The notes under the pieces: model-generated
Database searches by the model: none
What the model was told of the DNA's origin: nothing
Seen by the model: the letters and a program-made list of their open reading frames with translations, nothing else
Program-made: the position numbers and the translations under genes
In this document: positions 25,317 through 30,548 of the stretch, one piece after another
Layout: the number at the start of each line of letters is the position of its first letter
Position numbering within the stretch: position 1 is the first letter of the stretch
Source of the DNA: a virus
Lineage: Duplodnaviria; Heunggongvirae; Uroviricota; Caudoviricetes
Direction: 5' to 3' (one strand)
IMG/VR virus record: IMGVR_UViG_3300045988_118519
Length of the DNA stretch: 30,548 nucleotides

Positions 25317-26060
25317 ATGACCACACCAAATCCACTGGCAAAGACGAAAGGTGCGGGGACGACGTTCTGGATGTATACCGGCAACGGCGACGCATTTGCG
25401 AACCCTTTGTCGGACACTGACTGGCTGCGTCTTGCGATGGTGAAGGATCTGCAACCTGGCGAAATGACCGCTGATGCAGAAGATGATACTTATCTCGATG
25501 ATGAAGATGCAGACTGGAAAACGACAACCCAGGGGCAGAAATCAGTCGGTGATACTTCGGCGACGCTGGCCTGGCGTCCGGGTGACAGCGGGCAGAAAAA
25601 ACTGGTTCAGTTGTTCGACTCCGGTGAAGTCTGCGCGTTTCGTATCAAATATCCCAACGGTACTGTTGATGTTTTCCGTGGCTGGCTGAGTTCACTGGGT
25701 AAAACCATTGCCTCAAAAGACGTGATGACCCGCACTGTGAAAATCAGCGGTGTGGGGCGTCCGTATCTGGCAGAGGAAGGCACTGAAACAGTGAGCGTTA
25801 CCGGGCTGACGGTGGCACCGGCATCTGCCAGTGTAAAAGTGGGAGCAACCACCACGCTGACCTTTACAGTAAAACCTGACGGAGCCAGTGACAAAGCGAT
25901 CAGTGTGCATTCGTCAGATCCACAGACTGCCACGGTGACCCTGAACGGGCTTGTAGCCACGGTGAAAGGCGTGAAGCAGGGCAGTGTCAGCATTGTGGGC
26001 ATGACCGCTGACGGGAATTTTGTGGCTGTGGCTGCGGTGACTGTCAGCGCCGCAGGTTAA
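25317..26060 (+). CDS. V: Major tail protein V-like with C-terminal Ig-like domain, 247 aa
   Basis: AAGGAGG RBS; KGAGTT, ANPLSD, YLDDEDADW, YPNGTVDVFRGW match lambda V. Confidence 0.9.
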   Translation: MTTPNPLAKTKGAGTTFWMYTGNGDAFANPLSDTDWLRLAMVKDLQPGEMTADAEDDTYLDDEDADWKTTTQGQKSVGDTSATLAWRPGDSGQKKLVQLFDSGEVCAFRIKYPNGTVDVFRGWLSSLGKTIASKDVMTRTVKISGVGRPYLAEEGTETVSVTGLTVAPASASVKVGATTTLTFTVKPDGASDKAISVHSSDPQTATVTLNGLVATVKGVKQGSVSIVGMTADGNFVAVAAVTVSAAG

Positions 26061-26080
26061 CAGGACGATACTCATCATTT

Positions 26081-26105
26081 GCCCCGGTTATCCGGGGCTT
26101 TTTTG
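26081..26105 (+). terminator. Rho-independent terminator after major tail gene
   Basis: GCCCCGG-ttat-CCGGGGC hairpin followed by TTTTTT. Confidence 0.7.
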
Positions 26106-26117
26106 CAGGTGGAGAAC

Positions 26118-26507
26118 ATGATGTTTCTGAAACAGGGCACGTTTAATTATGAAAAACAGTCCGTGGTGCTCAGTGAGCTGTCCGGGCTGCAGAGAATTGA
26201 ATATCTGGCGTTTGTTCAGCAGCGAACGGCAAAGTTTGATGCCGGTGAGGGAGAACTGCCGGAGGCTGAACGACAGATTGCTTTTCTGCGGATGGGGATG
26301 GATATCAATGCCTGGCTGGTTTCCCGCTCACTGTGGAATGCGGATCAGTCTAAGGATGTAGAGACGCTTTGCGCATCCGTTATTACAACATGGTCGTATG
26401 ATGCCCTGGGTGCGGGGGCGGAGATGGTTCTGTCGCTGAGCGGTATGGGGGCCATTGATAATGCCGGGGATGATGAGCATGAGGCGCTGACGCCGGAAAA
26501 GTCCTGA
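26118..26507 (+). CDS. G: Tail assembly chaperone G-like, 129 aa
   Basis: MFLKQ..VVLSELSGLQRIEYLA parallels lambda G. Confidence 0.8.
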   Translation: MMFLKQGTFNYEKQSVVLSELSGLQRIEYLAFVQQRTAKFDAGEGELPEAERQIAFLRMGMDINAWLVSRSLWNADQSKDVETLCASVITTWSYDALGAGAEMVLSLSGMGAIDNAGDDEHEALTPEKS

Positions 26508-26845
26508 CGCGGGAAATGCAGTTTGTCATGCGGCTTGCCCGGGAGTTCCGGCGGGCAGACTGGCGGCGGATGCTGTCGGAAATGTCGGCCACTGAGCTTG
26601 GTGAGTGGGGCGATTATTTCCGGATGCAGAGCTTCAGTGATGTGTGGATGGATGCGCAGTTTGCCTCGCTGAAGGCATTGATCGTGAGAATGGTGTCCGG
26701 CAGCAGTGATGCTGCGGTGGCTGATTTCAGCCTTTTACCGGAAGAGAACGGGATACCGGAGCGAACGGACGAAGAACTGATGCATCTTGGGGAAGGTATT
26801 TCCGGAGGTGTGCGTTATGGACCAGATAGCCAACCTGGTCATTGA
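26118..26845 (+). CDS. T: Tail assembly protein G-T fusion by programmed -1 frameshift (T frame opens at 26483; shift near 26495-26501)
   Basis: T ORF is in the -1 frame relative to G and overlaps its 3' end; candidate slip site G GAA AAG; conserved G/GT arrangement in lambda-like phages. Confidence 0.6.
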
Positions 26846-29800
26846 TTTGGGGATTGATGCGGCAGAGTTTAAAAATGAAATCCCCCGTATCAAAAACCTT
26901 CTGAATGGTGCAGCCAGCGATGCAGAACGGTCTTCTGCCCGTATGCAGCGTTTTATGGAGCGTCAGACTCAGGCCGCCCGGCAGACAACGCAGGCGGCGT
27001 CTTCGGCTGCAACAGCCGCATCCGTCCATGCGCAGACGGTGGAGAAGAACGCACAGGCTCATGAACGCATGGCCCGCGAGGTGGAGAAAACCCGCCAGCG
27101 TATGGAGGCGCTGAGCCAGAAAATGCGCGAGGAACAGGCGCAGGCCATGGCTCTGGCGGAGGCTCAGGATAAAGCGGCTGCTGCGTTTTATCGTCAGATT
27201 GACAGTGTGAAACAGGCCAGTGCGGGTCTGCAGGAATTACAGCGTATTCAGCAGCAGATCCGACAGGCCAGAAACAGTGGCGGGATTGGTCAGCAGGATT
27301 ATCTGGCGCTGATTTCTGAGGTTACGGCGAAAACCCGTGTTCTTACACAGGCTGAGGAAGAGGCTACCCGACAGAAAGTGGCGTTTATCCGTCAGCTTAA
27401 AGAGCAGGCAACCCGCCAGAATCTTTCTTCTTCTGAGTTGCTTCGTGCTAAGGCTGCCCAGCTGGGGGTAAGCAGTGCTGCAGAAGTGTATATCCGCAAA
27501 ATGGAGCAGGCAGGAAAAGCCACGCATTCGCTGGGGCTGAAAAGTGCAGCGGCCCGTCAGGAGATAGGCGTTCTGATAGGTGAACTGGCCCGCGGAAATT
27601 TAGGTGCGCTGAGGGGATCCGGAATAACGCTGGCTAACCGTGCCGGGTGGATAGACACATTGATGTCACCGAAAGGCATGATGCTTGGCGGGGTTATTGG
27701 CGGTATTGCCGCGGCTGTCTATGGTCTGGGTAAAGCCTGGTATGACGGTCAGAAGGAGGGGGAAGAATTTAACCGCCAGCTGTCGCTGACGGGGCATTAT
27801 GCCGGAGTCACTGCCGGGCAGCTGTGGACGCTCAGTCGTGCTATTTCCGGGAATGGTATCACGCAACATGCTGCAGCCGGTGCGCTGGCTCAGGTGGTGG
27901 GGAGTGGTGCATTTCGTGGAAACGATATCGGTATGGTGGCGAGAGCTGCCGCACAGATGGAGCGATCGGTTGGCCAGTCGGTCAGCGATACCATAAATCA
28001 GTTTAAGCGGCTGAAGGATGATCCTGTAAATGCCGCGAAGTCTCTGGACAATGAGCTGCATTTTCTTACTGCCACTCAGCTTGAGCAGATACGCGTCCTT
28101 GGAGAGCAGGGGCGGTCCAGTGATGCGGCACGGATAGCCATGTCTGCACTGGCAGAGGAAACCGGTCGGCGTACTGCGGATATTGATAATAACCTCAATG
28201 CGCTGGGCAGTACGCTGCAAACTTTGTCTGACTGGTGGAAGCAGTTCTGGGATGCGGCCATGAATATTGGTCGTGAAGATTCGCTGGATGCGCAGATTGC
28301 CACTTTGCAGGAGAAAGTGTCGCGGGCGAAAAGACTCCCCTGGACGGCATCATCTTCTCAGGTTGAATACGATCAGCAGCGTCTTAACGATCTTCAGGAG
28401 AAAAAACGCCAGAAGGATTTGCAGGATGCAAAAGAGCAGGCAGAGCGGAATTATCAGGAGCAACAGAAACGCCGTAATGCTGAAAATGCTGCACTGAACC
28501 GGATGAATGAAACGGAAGCTGCACGACATCAGCGTGAAATTGCGCGTATTAATGCCATGCAGTACGCCGATCAGGCTGTCAGGGATGCGGCGATACAACG
28601 TGAAAATGAACGTTACGAGAAAGCCCTGGCATCCGGTAAGAAAAAAACACGCGAAACCCGTAATGATGAGGCCACCCGGTTATTGCTGCAGTACAGTCAG
28701 CAACAGGCACAGGTGGAAGGACAGATTGCTGCTGCAAGACAGTCAGCAGGCATTGCCACTGACAGGATGACAGAAGCGCATAAACAGCTTCTGGCTCTGC
28801 AGCAGCGCATCAGCGATCTGGACGGGAAAAAACTGACGGCAGATGAAAAGAGTGTGCTGGCCCGTAAAGATGAACTGATTCAGGCACTGACGCTGCTGGA
28901 TGTAAAACAGCAGGAGCTTCAGAAACAGACGGCACTCAACGATCTGAAGAAAAAAACAATTCAGCTGACCAGTCAACTGGCTGAAGAAGAGCGCGCTCAG
29001 CGTCAGCAACATGACCTGGATATCGCCACGGTTGGTATGGGTGATCAGCAGCGGCAGCGATATCAGGTACAACTGAGTCTTCGCCAGAAATACCAGCAAC
29101 AGCTGGAGCAGTTGAGGCGGGATAGTGAGCAGAAAGGGACATATAACACGGATGACTACAGAAAGGCCGAGCAGGCGCTGACGGAGAGTCTGAACCGACA
29201 ACTGAATGAGAATCGCCGTTACTGGCAACAGCTTGAAATTGCTCAGGGTAATTGGAAAAACGGAGTCCTGCGTGCACTCCAGAATGTCACTGAGAATGCG
29301 GATAACACAGCCGGGACAGTGGAACAGTTGTTCACGTCTGCGTTCAGTAGCATGAGTGACTGGCTGGCGACATTCTGTACTACAGGCAAACTCAATTTCA
29401 AATCTTTTACTTCTTCTGTGCTGTCAGATATGTCCAGAATCATGGCTCAGATAGCTTTAATGAAAGCGGTAAAAGGCATTGCTTCCGCGCTGCCTTTTGA
29501 TTTTGTAGCCAATGCTGATGGCGGTGTTTATCAGTCGGCTGATTTGAGTCGCTACAGTGGCACGGTGGTTAACCGTCCGACGTTTTTTGCTTTTGCAAAA
29601 GGCGCGGGTGTGATGGGGGAAGCTGGACCTGAAGCCATTCTGCCACTGCGTCGTGGTGCTGACGGTAAGCTGGGGGTTGTGGCGGATATTGGTGGTTCAG
29701 GTATGGCGATGTTTGCCCCGCAGTACAACATCGAGATCAATAACGATGGCACGAACGGGCAGATAGGTCCTGCTGCCCTGAAGGTGGTTTATGACCTTGG

Positions 29801-29873
29801 GAAAAAAGCGGCAGCGGACTTTATGCAACAGCAGGCCCGTGATGGTGGTCGGTTAAGTGGAGCATATCGGTAA
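26817..29873 (+). CDS. H: Tail tape measure protein H-like, 1018 aa
   Basis: Size, position, long coiled-coil Q/A/E/R-rich regions; GGAGG RBS. Confidence 0.9.
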   Translation: MDQIANLVIDLGIDAAEFKNEIPRIKNLLNGAASDAERSSARMQRFMERQTQAARQTTQAASSAATAASVHAQTVEKNAQAHERMAREVEKTRQRMEALSQKMREEQAQAMALAEAQDKAAAAFYRQIDSVKQASAGLQELQRIQQQIRQARNSGGIGQQDYLALISEVTAKTRVLTQAEEEATRQKVAFIRQLKEQATRQNLSSSELLRAKAAQLGVSSAAEVYIRKMEQAGKATHSLGLKSAAARQEIGVLIGELARGNLGALRGSGITLANRAGWIDTLMSPKGMMLGGVIGGIAAAVYGLGKAWYDGQKEGEEFNRQLSLTGHYAGVTAGQLWTLSRAISGNGITQHAAAGALAQVVGSGAFRGNDIGMVARAAAQMERSVGQSVSDTINQFKRLKDDPVNAAKSLDNELHFLTATQLEQIRVLGEQGRSSDAARIAMSALAEETGRRTADIDNNLNALGSTLQTLSDWWKQFWDAAMNIGREDSLDAQIATLQEKVSRAKRLPWTASSSQVEYDQQRLNDLQEKKRQKDLQDAKEQAERNYQEQQKRRNAENAALNRMNETEAARHQREIARINAMQYADQAVRDAAIQRENERYEKALASGKKKTRETRNDEATRLLLQYSQQQAQVEGQIAAARQSAGIATDRMTEAHKQLLALQQRISDLDGKKLTADEKSVLARKDELIQALTLLDVKQQELQKQTALNDLKKKTIQLTSQLAEEERAQRQQHDLDIATVGMGDQQRQRYQVQLSLRQKYQQQLEQLRRDSEQKGTYNTDDYRKAEQALTESLNRQLNENRRYWQQLEIAQGNWKNGVLRALQNVTENADNTAGTVEQLFTSAFSSMSDWLATFCTTGKLNFKSFTSSVLSDMSRIMAQIALMKAVKGIASALPFDFVANADGGVYQSADLSRYSGTVVNRPTFFAFAKGAGVMGEAGPEAILPLRRGADGKLGVVADIGGSGMAMFAPQYNIEINNDGTNGQIGPAALKVVYDLGKKAAADFMQQQARDGGRLSGAYR

Positions 29874-30202
29874 TGGAGACGTTTCACTGGAAAGTGCGCC
29901 CGGATATGAATGTGGTATCAGAGCCGAAAGTGGTGACAGTGAAGCTGGGCGATGGTTATGAACAGCGTCGTGCGGCGGGACTGAATAACCAGTTGTCGAC
30001 TTACAGCGTGACGATACGTGTTCGTAAATGTGAACACCCATCTTTAAAAGCCTTTCTGGAACGGCACGGTGGCGTCCGCGCATTTCAGTGGACGCCACCT
30101 TATGACTGGAAGCCGATCAGGGTGGTTTGTCGTAAATGGTCGGCAAGCGTGGGGGCGTTGTGGGTAACCATAACGGCAGATTTTGAACAGGTCGTGGCAT
30201 AG
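29873..30202 (+). CDS. M: Minor tail protein M-like, 109 aa
   Basis: Close match to lambda M (FHWKV, GDGYEQR, TYSVT, WTPPYDWK, FEQVV). Confidence 0.9.
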   Translation: METFHWKVRPDMNVVSEPKVVTVKLGDGYEQRRAAGLNNQLSTYSVTIRVRKCEHPSLKAFLERHGGVRAFQWTPPYDWKPIRVVCRKWSASVGALWVTITADFEQVVA

Positions 30203-30211
30203 GAGGCTCTG

Positions 30212-30548
30212 ATGCAGGATATTCCACAGGAAACACATCATGAGACGACACGCCTCACTCAGTCAGCCCAGGTGGTGCTCTGGGAAATCGATCTGACAGA
30301 GGTCGGTGGTGAACGTTATTTTTTCTGTAATGAGCAGAACGAAAAAGGTGAGCCGGTTACCTGGCAGGGGCGGCAGTATCAGGCATACCCTATTCAGGGG
30401 ACGGGATTTGAACTGAACGGCAAGGGCAGTGCTGCCCGTCCGACACTGACGGTTTCTAACCTGCACGGAATGGTCACCGGGATGGCGGAAGACCTGCAGA
30501 GTCTGGTCGGCGGAACGGTGGTCAGGCGTAAGGTTTACGCCCGTTTTC
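30212..30548 (+). CDS. L: Minor tail protein L-like, C-terminus truncated by window edge
   Basis: AGGAGG RBS; MQDIPQET...VVLWEIDLTEVGGERYFFCNEQNEKGEPVTWQGRQYQAYPIQG is near-identical to lambda L. Confidence 0.9.
   Translation, partial: MQDIPQETHHETTRLTQSAQVVLWEIDLTEVGGERYFFCNEQNEKGEPVTWQGRQYQAYPIQGTGFELNGKGSAARPTLTVSNLHGMVTGMAEDLQSLVGGTVVRRKVYARF

Larger units (their letters stand above)
1..30548. mobile_element. Lambdoid cos-type prophage (partial; both ends run off the window)
   Basis: Lambda-like synteny: early-left genes, cI/cro/cII-like, replication, nin-like region, Q, lysis, cos, terminase, head and tail genes; many proteins align by eye to lambda S21/Rz/Rz1/W/Z/U/V/G/H/M/L. Confidence 0.9.

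Noticed and set aside
27666-28220. 184-aa minus-strand ORF and other ORFs inside the tape measure gene
   Set aside because: All lie within or antisense to the 1018-aa tape measure gene, whose repetitive composition produces long shadow frames.
1-30548. Integrase, attachment sites, tRNA, transposase/IS elements
   Set aside because: No tyrosine or serine recombinase-like ORF, no tRNA-like cloverleaf and no terminal inverted repeats were seen; the prophage ends lie outside the window.

Overview
This window is most of a lambdoid (lambda-like, cos-packaging siphovirus) prophage in an enterobacterial background; gene calls are by my own recall of protein families and by reading motifs, with no database search run. 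Layout: (1) 1-4155, minus strand: early-left operon with a yfdP/yfdQ/yfdR/yfdS-like block, an Ea22-like coiled-coil protein and small unknown ORFs. (2) 4156-4877: long structured noncoding leader with candidate pL/OL and the cI terminator; no N-like gene found. (3) 4878-6472: immunity region (cI-like repressor, Cro-like, CII-like). (4) 6469-12718: early-right operon (Rha, replication initiator with internal iterons, wHTH/ANR-like protein, Dam-like methyltransferase, LexA-N-domain-only protein, RusA, KilA-N, DUF968, Q-like antiterminator). (5) 12719-14960: cargo island between Q and the lysis genes (AT-rich lipoprotein on the opposite strand, candidate pR'/short RNA/tR', small wHTH protein, beta-class DNA methyltransferase). 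(6) 14995-16582: lysis cassette (S21-type pinholin, an inserted unknown ORF, SAR endolysin, Rz/Rz1). (7) about 17172: lambda-like cosN. (8) 17358-30548: terminase small and large subunits, W, portal, protease-capsid fusion, DUF2190, FII, Z, U, V, G/GT frameshift, tape measure H, M, and L (truncated by the window end). No rRNA, tRNA, CRISPR, integrase or transposase was seen. The best candidates for an undescribed accessory function are the cargo island at 12.7-15.0 kb, the ORF inserted between holin and endolysin, the LexA-N-domain-only protein, and the N-less structured pL leader.
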